The notes under the pieces: model-generated
Database searches by the model: none
What the model was told of the DNA's origin: nothing
Seen by the model: only the letters and a program-made list of their open reading frames with translations
Assembly: GCA_032718475.1 (NCBI GenBank)
Contig: JAUCBJ010007223.1
Span: 1 to 64,000, forward strand
DNA length: 64,000 bases
DNA from: Nemertoderma westbladi
Taxonomy: Eukaryota; Animalia; Xenacoelomorpha
Direction of reading: 5' to 3'
Position numbers and translations under genes: made by a program
In this document: positions 35,323 to 48,800 of the stretch, piece after piece
Layout: each line of letters begins with the position of its first letter
Position numbering within the stretch: the first letter of the stretch is position 1

Positions 35323-36315
35323 GGTAAAACGAACTTAGATCCCGCAAGGCCTGACTTTGATGAACTTGTATCTTTCCGAACTTAGGTCCTATCTGGGTGA
35401 ACTTAGATCTTTACAAGTGAACTTTAGATCCTAACTACAGTAGGTGAACTTAGATCCTAACTAGGTGAACTTAGATCCTAACTAGGTGAACTTAGATCCT
35501 ATCTAGGTTAACTTAGATCCTAACTAGTGAACTTAGATCCTATCTAGGTGAACTTAGATCCTAACTAGATGAACTTAGATCCCAGTTTATGTATTAAAAG
35601 CCTTTGTAATCATCATGCTCGTCACGAAGCGAACTTAGATCCCACGTTGAAAGCAACGCGAACTTAGATCTTAGGTGGACTTAGATCCCAATTTATACAA
35701 ATTCCTTAGCACACGCTACAGTAGAGGAGAAAGCGAACTTAGATCCCACGTGTACTGTGCGTTGGCCGCGTTCTATCGATATTATACAGTAGTATATTGT
35801 ACTCTGTTACATTAAGCATATAAAATTAATTATAATGATCTAATGCAAATAAGTCATACACTAAAACCAGTTGCGATCCCGATCAGTGACTCACCAACAC
35901 ACCACAATTTGCCAATTAATAGCTAATTGATTGCAATGTATTGTTGGTGGGATCTAAGTTCGCTTCCGAATAATTACCGTGATAATATTTATATCAAGGT
36001 CTGCTGGCCTATGGGAATGACATTTCACATTAACACATCTACGGTACAGCAATATAGGCGAGGTGGGATCTAAGTTCGTATGTTGAGGATCCAAGTTCCT
36101 ATGGGAAGGATCTAAGTTCGTATGGGAAGGATCTAAGTTCGTATGGGAAGGATCTAAGTTCGTATGGGAAGGATCTAAGTTCGTATGGGAAGGATCTAAG
36201 TTAGTATGGGAAGGATCTAAGTTCGTATGGGAAAGATCTAAGTTCGTATATGGGAACGATCTATGTTCAACCAAGATCTAAGTTCGTTCAGGATCTAAGG
36301 TGCTCTAGAGGAACC
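35323..36315. mobile_element. Foldback/Mutator-like non-autonomous element (993 bp)
   Basis: 9-bp direct repeat GGATTTACC at 35314..35322 and 36316..36324; GGT...ACC termini; tandem GAACTTAGATCC arrays on the left arm and GGATCTAAGTTC arrays (21-bp period) on the right arm. Confidence 0.75.
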
Positions 36316-36365
36316 GGATTTACCGTGTGCCAGTCCTTGCTTCAGTAGTCCTTGGTATTGCTGTA

Positions 36366-36651
36366 CGGTATGCAAATTTCCAATTGGGGTGTAGTTTCAG
36401 CCTTCCCTTAAGGTTAATGTTAAATTAATATTGAAAAGTAAAAATACTGTAAATTACTGTAAACTGTGTTCCTCAATTTAGTTTATTGTTTTGGTTAGAA
36501 AAGCCTTCCATTATGACCTGCTACTTTCCTTTAAAAGGTTCCTTAAATGGTAAATATCGAAATTAAATATTTTCGAAACGAATTGTTAAACTAAATGTTA
36601 ATTATGCTAAAATGGGCTGAAACGACACCCCAATTGGTAATATGCATACCG
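36366..36651. mobile_element. MITE (286 bp)
   Basis: ~37-bp imperfect TIRs CGGTATGCAAATTTCCAATTGGGGTGTAGTTTCAGCC; GTA on both flanks. Confidence 0.8.
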
Positions 36652-36817
36652 GTATGTCTAGGTAAACCATAGTAGTAGTAGTAGTAAGAATATACACTTA
36701 CAGCCACTTAGAGTAATTGAGTAATAATTTAACACGGTGCTTAATTTGGTCTGTTCAAATGTTATCAGTTTAATAAATGATATTTTACGTTACAAATTTT
36801 ACATTTTATGTTAAAAG

Positions 36818-39800
36818 GAACGCTGGTATGCATCGACTGCGATTTGGTTTTTTGTGAAGAATGTCTAGAATATCATTCGAAGATGCGAAGATTTAATGAC
36901 CATAAAGTGGTGAATCTTGGAGAGTGGACAGATAGGGATGCCCAGGTATGGTTGGAGATTGAACAGATAGGGATGCCCAGGTATGGTTGGAGAGTGGACA
37001 GATAGGGATGGATGCCCAGGTAAGGTTGGAGAGTGGACAGATATGGACGGATGCCCAGGCAAGGTTGGAGAGTGGACAGATATGGACGGATGCCCAGGTA
37101 AGGTTGGAGAGTGGACAGATAGGGATGGATGCCCAGGTAAGGTTGGAGAGTGGACAGATAGGGATGGATGCCCAGGTAAGGTTGGAGAGTGGACAGATAG
37201 GGATGGATGCCCAGGCAAGGTTGGAGAGTGGACAGATATGGACGGATGCCCAGGCAAGGTTGGAGAGTGGACAGATATGGACGGATGCCCAGGTAAGGTT
37301 GGAGAGTGGACAGATATGGACGGATGCCCAGGTAAGGTTGGAGAGTGGACAGATAGGGATGGGTGCCCAGGCAAGGTTGGAGAGTGGACAGATATGGACG
37401 GATGCCCAGGTAAGGTTGGAGAGTGGACAGATATGGACGGATGCCCAGGTAAGGTTGGAGAGTGGACAGATAGGGATGGGTGCCCAGGCAAGGTTGGAGA
37501 GTGGACAGATATGGACGGATGCCCAGGTAAGGTTGGAGAGTGGACAGATAGGGATGCCCAGGCAAGGTTGGAGAGTGGACAGATATGGACGGATGCCCAG
37601 GTAAGGTTGGAGAGTGGACAGATAGGGATGGATGCCCAGGCAAGGTTGGAGAGTGGACAGATATGGACGGATGCCCAGGTAAGGTTGGAGAGTGGACAGA
37701 TATGGACGGATGCCCAGGTAAGGTTGGAGAGTGTTCAGATAGGGATGGATATGTCCAGGTAAGTTTGGAGATTGGACAGATAGGGATGGATGCCCAGGTA
37801 AGGTTGGAGAGTGGACAGATATGGACGGATGCCCAGGTAAGGTTGGAGAGTGTTCAGATAGGGATGGATATGTCCAGGTAAGTTTGGAGATTGGACAGAT
37901 AGGGATGGATGCCCAGGTAAGGTTGGAGAGTGGACAGATATGGACGGATGCCCAGGTAAGGTTGGAGAGTGGACAGATAGGGATGGGTGCCCAGGCAAGG
38001 TTGGAGAGTGGACAGATATGGACGGATGCCCAGGTAAGGTTGGAGAGTGGACAGATAGGGATGGGTGCCCAGGCAAGGTTGGAGAGTGGACAGATATGGA
38101 CGGATGCCCAGGTAAGGTTGGAGAGTGGACAGATATGGACGGATGCCCAGGTAAGGTTGGAGAGTGTTCAGATAGGGATGGATATGTCCAGGTAAGTTTG
38201 GAGATTGGACAGATAGGGATGGATGCCCAGGTAAGGTTGGAGAGTGGGCAGATGGATGGATGCCCAGGTTGGAGAGTGGATAAATATGGACGGATGTCCA
38301 AGTAAGGTTGGAGAGTGGACAAATATGGACGGATGCCCAGGTAAGGTTGGAGAGTGGTCAGATAGGGATGGATGTTCAGGTAAGTTTGGAGAGTGGACAG
38401 ATGAATGGATGCCCAGGTTGGAGAGTGGAGAGATATGGACGGATACCCAGGTAAGGTTGGAGAGTGGACAGATGGACGGATGCCCAGGTAAGGTTGGAGA
38501 GTGGACAGATAGGGATGGATGCCCAGGTAACGTTGGAGAGTGGACAGATAGGGATGGATGCCCAGGTATGGTTGGAGAGTTGACAGATAGGGATGCCAAG
38601 GTAAGGTTGGAGAGTGGACAGATAGGGATGCCCAGGTATGGTTGGAGAGTGGACAGATAGGGATGCCTAGGTATGGTTGGAGATTGAACAGATAGGGATG
38701 CCCAGGTATGGTTGGAGATTGAACAGATAGGGATGGATGCCAAGGTAAGGTTGGAGAGTGGGCAGATAGGGATGGATGCCCAGGTATGGTTGGAGAGTTG
38801 ACAGATAGGGATGGATGCCCAGGTATGGTTGGAGAGTGGACAGATAGGGATGGATGCCCAGGTATGGTTGGAGAGTTTACAGATAGGGATGGATGCCCAG
38901 GTATGGTTGGAGAGTGGACAGATAGGGATGGATGCCCAGGTATGGTTGGAGAGTTGACAGATAGGGATGCCCAGGTATGGTTGGAGAGTGGACAGATAGG
39001 GATGCCCAGGTATGGTTGGAGAGTGGACAGATAGGGATGCCCAGGTATGGTTGGAGATTGAACAGATAGGGATGCCCAGGTATGGTTGGAGATTGAACAG
39101 ATAGGGATGGATGCCCAAGGTAAGGTTGGAGAGTTGACAGATAGGGATGGATGCCCAGGTATGGTTGGAGAGTGGACAGATAGGGATGGATGCCCAGGTA
39201 TGGTTGGAGAGTTTTTCAGATAGGGATGCCAAGGTAAGGTTGGAGAGTGGACAGATAGGGATGCCCAGGTATGGTTGGAGAGTGGACAGATAGGGATGCC
39301 CAGGTATGGTTGGAGATTAAACAGATAGGGATGCCCAGGTATGGTTGGGGATTGAACAGATAGGGATGGATGCCAAGGTAAGGTTGGAGAGTGGGCAGAT
39401 AGGGATGGATGCCCAGGTATGGTTGGAGAGTTGACAGATAGGGATGGATGCCCAGGTATGGTTGGAGAGTGGACAGATAGGGATGGATGCCCAGGTATGG
39501 TTGGAGAGTTGACAGATAGGGATGGATGCCCAGGTATGGTTGGAGAGTGGACAGATAGGGATGGATGCCCAGGTATGGTTGGAGAGTTGACAGATAGGGA
39601 TGCCCAGGTATGGTTGGAGAGTGGACAGATAGGGATGCCCAGGTATGGTTGGAGAGTGGACAGATAGGGATGCCCAGGTATGGTTGGAGATTGAACAGAT
39701 AGGGATGCCCAGGTATGGTTGGAGAGTGGACAGATAGGGATGGATGCCCAGGTGTGGTTGGAGAGTTGACAGATGGACGGATGCCCAGGTATGGTTGGAG

Positions 39801-42800
39801 AGTGGACAGATAGGGATGCCCAGGTGTGGTTGGAGAGTTGACAGATGGACGGATGCCCAGGTATGGTTGGAGAGTGGACAGATAGGGATGCCCAGGTAAG
39901 GTTGGAGAGTGGACAGATAGGGATGCCCAGGTAAGGTTGGAGAGTGGACAGATAGGGATGCCCAGGTAAGGTTGGAGAGTGGGCAGATAGGGATGCCCAG
40001 GTATGGTTGGAGATTGAACAGATAGGGATGCCCAGGTATGGTTGGAGAGTGGACAGATAGGGATGCCCAGGTAAGGTTGGAGAGTGGACAGATAGGGATG
40101 CCCAGGTAAGGTTGGAGAGTGGACAGATAGGGATGGGTGCCCAGGCAAGGTTGGAGAGTGGACAGATATGGATGTATGCCCAGGTTGGAGAGTGGGCAGA
40201 TATGGATGGATGCCCAGGTAACGTTGGAGAGTGGACAGATAGGTATGGATGCCAAGGTAAGGTTGGAGAGTGGACAGATAGGGATGGATGCCAAGGTAAG
40301 GTTGGAGAGTGGACAGATATGGACGGATGCCCAGGTAAGGTTGGAGAGTGTTCAGATAGGGATGGATATGTCCAGGTAAGTTTGGAGATTGGACAGATAG
40401 GAATGGATGCCCAGGTAAGGTTGGAGAGTGGGCAGATGGATGGATGCCCAGGTTGGAGAGTGGATAAATATGGACGGATGTCCAAGTAAGGTTGGAGAGT
40501 GGACAGATATGGACGGATGCCCAGGTAAGGTTGGAGAGTGGTCAGATTGGGATGGATGCCCAGGTAAGTTTGGAGAGTGGACAGATGAATGGATGCCCAG
40601 GTTGGAGAGTGGAGAGATATGGACGGATACCCAGGTAAGGTTGGAGAGTGGACAGATGGACGGATGCCCAGGTAAGGTTGGAGAGTGGACAGATAGGGAT
40701 GGATGCCCAGGTAACGTTGGAGAGTGGACAGATAGGGATGGATGCTGGCTGTGCGTAAGTAATATTTTCTATAATCAGAATACTGTATGTACAATTATCC
40801 CTTTACAGTAGCACAAAGCGTCGAATAATCTTCAGTTCCATACTGTAGGCCTATAATTATCGTTGTTAATTTATTTATTAACAGGATGTTGCCGAAAAGA
40901 GAAAGAGAGTTTGCGACATACACGGGGCCGAATTTGCTTTCCTTTGTACTACTTGTGACGTCATTGCTTGTCCAGCATGTACAATGTCCAAGCACTCGGC
41001 GGATTTAGGTGGTTATTCCTTATTTACTGGTTTATTAGTTAGACACTATTGTACGCTGTTGGAATTCAATACGGAATAGTTGGCCAACATGGTCGTCACT
41101 ACATGGTCGAAATCTTCGTAATGGTATTGAACGCAAAAAAATGTTCTAACATAATCTAATTTTATTCTTATTTACTGTTATTATTTACATATTCATGAAT
41201 TTTTATTCTTCCTTTAGGTCACGCTCCAGTGGAACTTGTTGATGTTGATGACACTTATATAACGCAAGTCGAAGAGATTCTTTCTCACGTGACCAATCAA
41301 CTGGAAACCAATCAGAACAACAAAATATCCACTGAACTTGAGCTGACCAATCACAGAAGCGCGGCGGCAACGATACAAAGTCTGGTACTTCGGGAATACA
41401 AACAGATGCACGAAATATTGAACAACCGCGCGGAACAGACATTACAAGGCTTAAATGAGTTAATGGAAGTGGAGAGTCGGTCTCTTAACGAGGGGTTGGG
41501 TAAGACAGTAACGAGTATAGAGTCGTTAGAATACGCCGCAGGTCTGGTTAGGTGCGCCCTCTCACTCAACCCAGAAACCCCGGCCATGCTGTGCGGAAGT
41601 AAAGATATTCTGACTGCTTTAAGAAGACCAGTGTCGCCAACTAGAAAGGAGAACAAGGATATCAACTACGAATGTATTGGATATCTACAAACAACTAAGG
41701 ATGTAAAAGAACATGCAGCTGAATTTACCTTCCCGAAGCTGGTTGTCGTCAAGGTATTTGTATATTTTATTTACTGGTTATTGGGGACATGAATAGACCA
41801 CGTATTTCAAAGTCCTCTGTATTTGAACCATTTTATATATTAATTGGTGGTTTTGGATTTGAAATATGTAAAATGAATTTGTAATATGATTTTGATATAA
41901 TTATTGCCTTGGATGACTTCATAATGTTTATACTTAAAGAATCGTTTATTGCCGCAAATATTCCATTTTAATAACTGATATAAATTTAGTTACGCTATAA
42001 CAGTATAACAGATAATAAACTGTTAATTTATCAGTAATGTTATAAACGTGGCTGAAATTTATATTGGTTATTAAAATGGAATATTTGCTGCTAAAAACGA
42101 TTCTTTTAGTGTATTATAACATTCGGAGGAATGTATTATGTAGCCATAAAAATGTAGGTCTATTCTATGACTTTATTTTGAATATTAATATATTAAGGTA
42201 AGTCATGTAATCGGTATATCACGGAATGATAATTTAGAATACATATTGTAATGTTAGATTTTATTTCATATATTACAGTGTTAATGGTTTGTAGATAAGT
42301 GAGTTATCTTAGTCAACTTTTATTATTATTGTGGAATTAATAGTAGTACCTGTAGAATATAATATACTGTAGACTTAATCAGAAGGATATAATGTTTACT
42401 ATATTTATCTGTAAAGAGTTTGTTGCGTTACAGGGTTCGTTACGAGGATCGGTTGCAGATAAAGCCTTTGTGTTGGATGTGGGCGTGGCTAAGGGGCCGT
42501 TAAGGATGTCCGACGCCAATGTCGATATTGTCGACTGGGACGGTGTAAATGTTAAAGTTGTTACCAGCGTCAACAATGATGGAAGTTTTAAGCTGAAAGT
42601 TAAGGTTAGATAAACATACCTCTATATGCGATCTATAGTGATGCAGGTGCGTACATGTAACATCCCTAACATCTATTATAACATCATTCATTATATACTG
42701 AAGAGTCTTCTTATAGTACCGGTTAATAATAATTAACAATTTATATTACAATTGAATATTTATTAATATCGCCATAATTACGATAATATATTTACGCGCA

Positions 42801-45800
42801 TTCTACTTTAGGTCACTGATGTCGGCCCCTATAAGCTCTTACTCAGGTTTCCCAATGTTGTCCCTTCCGAGATGGTGTTTAATATACAAGTTCCTCTTGT
42901 AGCCAATCAGGATCTCAACGTTAGTGTAACGCCCTCTACCGGCAAAGATACGAAAATGTCGGAATACGACGATAATGTTAAACGAGGTAAGACCTGGGTG
43001 GTTCTCCGTGTTGCAAAATATAAACATTAAGTTCAAATAAGTCTAGAAGGTACGATATATTGTCCGTTATATGAGCATTATGGTCATTGTTGTAGCCGAT
43101 ATCTCAATGATTGTGTTGGTATTTAGTTACTTGCCGGTACAGTAGGAGCAACACCGATTCTGTTGCGGAATTGGTTGATTGTACGTTTGTGTTGTTTCTG
43201 TAATACAATTCATCAGCCAATATTAGATGACCCTCCTAAAACAGAGTCTTAGTATCATAATGAGTTTCTCGTAGGAAATTTATTGCTCACATTTATAGAT
43301 ACTATTGTTTGGCAGGTCTTTGTGTTCCTAACTGGTGGCTACCTCAATCTGTAACGCAAGACTTTGTGTTGGTGGAGATGGTAGATTCCTCTACTTTCGA
43401 GTACCAGAGAGTTCAACAACTGTTTATAGACCGTTGCGATGACGACAAACAACCGTCTATTGTAACTGTTAGTAACTACTCATAGTATATCATTTAACGC
43501 CTTTTAATTTCTCAGTTTTTTTAGGAATTACACTGTATCGACTTTTCCTAGAATAACCTCCTGAGAATACCTCAATTTGTAAGAAAACATTCAGATTTTC
43601 TTACAAATCTTTATCAACAAACTAATTTGTTTCTTAATTTCTAATGCAGATTAAACGTCTTCAAAATCCCGAGTTATTTAAATCGTATCAGAAACATCGA
43701 CACGAAACACACACGGATGAGGGAGGGGTTGAGGAACACTACATGTTTCACACTCCTTATAAGATGGAACACATTGCTGACATTAACAGGGATGGGTTCA
43801 TGGGTCTCATTGATCGTATACCATCCTCGAAGCTGGGAACAAGTTAGTCGAAGCCGCTATGCCTGCAGAATGATGCTGGGTTTCGTAATGTAGAGAGTTA
43901 CACCCGAGTTGTAAAATGCATCGTTAGTGTCTGAGCATTGTATCTTGTCCTAAGCCATTTAACCTGCATAGCATCCGGGTGTATAACTGTATTTACGAGC
44001 AAGATATCTGGTGTCCTATACAGTAAGAGTGCAACAGGAAATACTGCTATAGAGCAGTATAGGCTCTACTTCTGCCCACTATAATTTTACATTGTGACGG
44101 TTTGTTTACAGTTTGAAGGTTTAATGCTGCGTAAATTAATCATTAATTAAATATCAAAAGTTTTTGAAAAATGTTTCAAAATCCTTTATTTGTTTACAGC
44201 TTTTAACGGTGAGTCGGGTATTCGATTCGTCCGGAGCTCCACGGATCAATCAGTAGACGAGGAATGGTGGGCCGTTTACGTCTGTCGGATATTCAGTGTC
44301 GCTAGTCAATTAGATGCAGGTAAATATGCCACGTTGTCTACAAACTTAATCAATCCCAAAAATATTAAGTGCTAAGTCAATAGCTACATAATTAGTAAAT
44401 AAAGCAACAATTATTGATGATTTTTTTTAACCTCAACTAAAATTGATATCATTTATTTTTGTATCTTATATAATATGCGTTATATACTTAATGTATATTA
44501 ATTATGTGATATCATGTAAATTATATAGGAATTCCAGAAGAGGGGAAAGCAAGCGAAGTTGGTTCCGGGAGGCGGACAGGTACACCTGTCGATAAACGAG
44601 TATTGGATAGCCGAGAAGACGGACGGCGTACCGGAACGAATAGTCGTAAATCTTCCGGAGTCACTTCGAGAAAGGGATCCAGTGGTTAGTTGATTAATTA
44701 AATACCATAGCAGTACGGTAGTAAATACTTAGCAGTAGTAAATACTTAGCAGTAGTAAATACTTAGTAGTAGTAAATACTTAGCAGTAGTAAATACTTAG
44801 TAGTAGTAAATACTTAGCAGTAGTAAATACTTAGCAGTAGTAAATACTTAGCAGTAGTAAATACTTAGTAGTAGTAAATACTTAGCAGTAGTAAATACTT
44901 AGTAGTAGTAAATACTTAGCAGTAGTAAATACTTAGCAGTAGTAAATACTTAGCAGTAGTAAATACTTAGCAGTAGTAAATACTTAGCAGTAGTAAATAC
45001 TTAGTAGTAGTAAATACTTAGCAGTAGTAAATACTTAGTAGTAGTAAATACTTAGCAGTAGTAAATACTTAGCAGTAGTAAATACTTAGCAGTAGTAAAT
45101 ACTTAGCAGTAGTAAATACTTAGCAGTAGTAAATACTTAGCAGTAGTAAATACTTAGCAGTAGTAAATACTTAGCAGTAGTAAATACTTAAAGCAGTAGT
45201 AAATACTTAGCAGTAGTAAATACTTAGCAGTAGTAAATACTTAGTAGTAGTAAATACTTAGCAGTAGTAAATACTTAGCAGTAGTAAATACTTAGCAGTA
45301 GTAAATACTTAGTAGTAGTAAATACTTAGCAGTAGTAAATTCTTAGTAGTAGTAAATACTTAGCAGTAGTAAATACTTAGCAGTAGTAAATACTTAGCAG
45401 TAGTAAATACTTAGCAGTAGTAAATACTTAGCAGTAGTAAATACTTAGTAGTAGTAAATACTTAGCAGTAGTAAATACTTAGTAGTAGTAAATACTTAGC
45501 AGTAGTAAATACTTAGCAGTAGTAAATACTTAGCAGTAGTAAATACTTAGCAGTAGTAAATACTTAGCAGTAGTAAATACTTAGCAGTAGTAAATACTTA
45601 GTAGTAGTAAATACTTAGCAGTAGTAAATACTTAGCAGTAGTAAATACTTAGCAGTAGTAAATACTTAGTAGTAGTAAATACTTAGCAGTAGTAAATACT
45701 TAGTAGTAGTAAATACTTAGCAGTAGTAAATACTTAGCAGTAGTAAATACTTAGCAGTAGTAAATACTTAGCAGTAGTAAATACTTAGCAGTAGTAAATA

Positions 45801-48800
45801 CTTAGTAGTAGTAAATACTTAGCAGTAGTAAATACTTAGTAGTAGTAAATACTTAGCAGTAGTAAATACTTAGCAGTAGTAAATACTTAAAGCAGTAGTA
45901 AATACTTAGCAGTAGTAAATACTTAGCAGTAGTAAATACTTAGCAGTAGTAAATACTTAAAGCAGTAGTAAATACTTAGCAGTAGTAAATACTTAGCAGT
46001 AGTAAATACTTAGCAGTAGTAAATACTTAGCAGTAGTAAATACTTAGCAGTAGTAAATACTTAGCAGTAGTAAATACTTAGCAGTAGTAAATACTTAGCA
46101 GTAGTAAATACTTAGCAGTAGTAAATACTTAAAGCAGTAGTAAATACTTAGCAGTAGTAAATACTTAGCAGTAGTAAATACTTAGCAGTAGTAAATACTT
46201 AGTAGTAGTAAATACTTAGCAGTAGTAAATACTTAGTAGTAGTAAATACTTAGCAGTAGTAAATACTTAGCAGTAGTAAATACTTAGCAGTAGTAAATAC
46301 TTAGCAGTAGTAAATACTTAGCAGTAGTAAATACTTAGCAGTAGTAAATACTTAGCAGTAGTAAATACTTAGCAGTAGTAAATACTTAAAGCAGTAGTAA
46401 ATACTTAGCAGTAGTAAATACTTAGCAGTAGTAAATACTTAGCAGTAGTAAATACTTAGCAGTTGTTCTCCTTTAGTACGGACCTAAAAGTACACCAGTA
46501 CCAGTCCCTAAGCCTACAACATAACGGAATTGCTGTCTGACTGTCAGACTTTCTGACGCCACTAGATTTTTGCTTAGTTTCGGGCTCGTTTGGGGATTCA
46601 CGTGGGGTTTTTTGGAATGGTTTGTTGCGGCTGTAGCAACTCCAAGTCGGGGCGCCGCTGCCAGAGATGCGTCTGTGCCGTAGAGGGTCGGCAATGTTCG
46701 AGTTGTGCTCCCGGGAGGAACGGAAACTGCGCGAACGGTGGTCAAACGTCTTCCTCGCAGCCGCTACCTTCCACCTACGGCGCTATCCCTGTAGCATCTG
46801 AGGGCTCTCTCTCACAGCCAGTTGATAGCGGAACCCCAGACTCGGGCGACGAAGGGGACGACGATGACACGGATTGGCACGACACCTTGGTGGACTTCGA
46901 CACAACCTTAACTGAGTCTACCTCAAATGAGGCGATAACTCCATTCAAGCCAAATCAAGCCAGCGTTGTCGACCCCCTGGTTGACCCAGCGTCCGTTGTC
47001 GGCCCCCTGGTTCCCCCAGCGTCCGTTGTCGGCCCCCAGGTTCCCCCAGCGTCCGTTGTTGGCCCCCTGGTTCCCCCAGCGCCCGTTGTCGGCCCCCTGG
47101 TCCCCCCAGCGTCCGTTGTCGACCGCCTGGTTCCCCCAGCGTCCGTTGTCGGCCCCCAGGTTCCCCCAGCGTCCGTTGTTGGCCCCCTGGTTCCCCCAGC
47201 GCCCGTTGTCGGCCCCCTGGTCCCCCCAGCGTCCGTTGTCGACCGCCTGGTTCCCTCAGCGCCCGTTGTCGGCCCCCTGGTTCCCCCAGCGCCCGTTGTA
47301 GGCCTCCTGGCTCCCCCGGCGTCTGGGATTAGCCCCTTGGTTCCCCCAACCGGTTCATCAGTGGGGCCAGCGCCGCTAGCAGGGCCTTCTTGTGTCACCG
47401 GTTCAACAGAGGTTACCTGGGCACATGTTAAATTACCCAAACAGCATATCGAGAAGTCTATCGCGGATGCTTATGGTGTTATAGTTCACTGGCGGCCCAA
47501 CCTATTCCTAGTGCCTCAGGGGGCTGGGGGGCGGGCTTTCGTTGCGGAAATGTGTCGAATTTTGGTTCTAGCCACCACCAACAACGTGCTGCAGGAAGTT
47601 TCTCTTACTGCATTGTTGTTGATGCCGGCGCTGTTGCTTCAGAAGCCTGGACGTTCATCAACGACGGCGATACACAGACGAATTCTAGAACGTAGACTAG
47701 AATCTTGGAAAGCGGGTAATTTCAATGAGCTACTTATTGAGGCCCGGGCGATTCAGTCGCATCTTCCCAAGTTAAGACAATTCGAGTCACAGGAGGTTAT
47801 GCGCCAGAAAACGTTCGTCAGACATATGTTGACAGGGAATGTGTCTGCGGCGACGCGATGTCTCCGCGACCTGACTAGAGGCAAACCGCTCCGCCTGGAC
47901 GATACGTTTACCGACAAGGACGGGGCAACAAAGGTAGTCCGCGATGTCCTGCGTGAGAAACACCCCGCTGCGAAACCCGCGGATGAGTCAGTTTTACTGA
48001 CAGAGTTCGATCGCGCGCCGGAGTTCCACAACGTTGTGTTCGAACGACTGGATGGTCCATGCATCCAGTCATGTTTACTTCGGATGAAGGGAAACGCGGC
48101 GGGCCCATCTGGCCTGGACGTTCAGGGGTGGAAACACCTTCTGACAAGGTTTCGCAATCCGTCGGCTGAGCTGTGCGAGAGAATCGCTGACCTGGCAAAG
48201 CGTCTAGCCCAGGTTGTTGTCCCCCCCGGGTCGCTGTCTGCGTTGCTCTCGTCTCGTCTGTTGGCCCTCGACAAGAACCCGGGGGTCCGCCCAATCGGGA
48301 TAGGCGAGGTGCTCCGGCGGGTAATCGGAAAGGCGACGGTGCTGTGTATCAGTCCAGATTTACAGGCCGTCGGCGGATCTGTCCAGATGTGTCTCGGACA
48401 GAAAGCGGGAATCGAACACGCGATACACAGTTTAAACGATTCCTTTGCCTCTGAAGACTGCGACGGCATATTACAGATCGACGCTACCAACGCATTTAAT
48501 GTGTTAAACCGCAGCGCAGCGTTGCATAGCATCGGTTTAGTCTGTCCGGCGCTGCACACGATAGTAACTAATTGTTACAGCGAACCAGCGCGGCTATTCG
48601 TCGGCGGGGAAACCCTCTACTCGGAGGAGGGTTCCACCCAAGGAGACCCGGTGGCGATGCCGATGTTTGGCTGCGGTATAACGCCGCTCCTTGACGAACT
48701 GGACCGCGGGTGCGACGTGGAACAGAAGTGGTTTGCGGACGATGGGAACGCGGGGGGCCGACTGGGAGAACTCAGGAAGTTCTTTGATATCGCATGTTCA

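Noticed and set aside
35954-36274. 106-aa ORF with SHTNLDP repeats
   Set aside because: Translation of the 21-bp arm repeat of the Foldback-like element.
36865-40794. Many long ORFs on both strands, including 1019 aa at 37735..40794
   Set aside because: They are translations of a stop-poor 35/39-bp minisatellite that switch frame with unit length; there is no independent coding evidence.
46464-46616. HDV-like ribozyme in the RLE element 5' UTR, and a 13-nt match (GCCTACAACATAA) to its 3' UTR
   Set aside because: No nested pseudoknot was evident by eye, and GGCCTAC-type words are common throughout this window.
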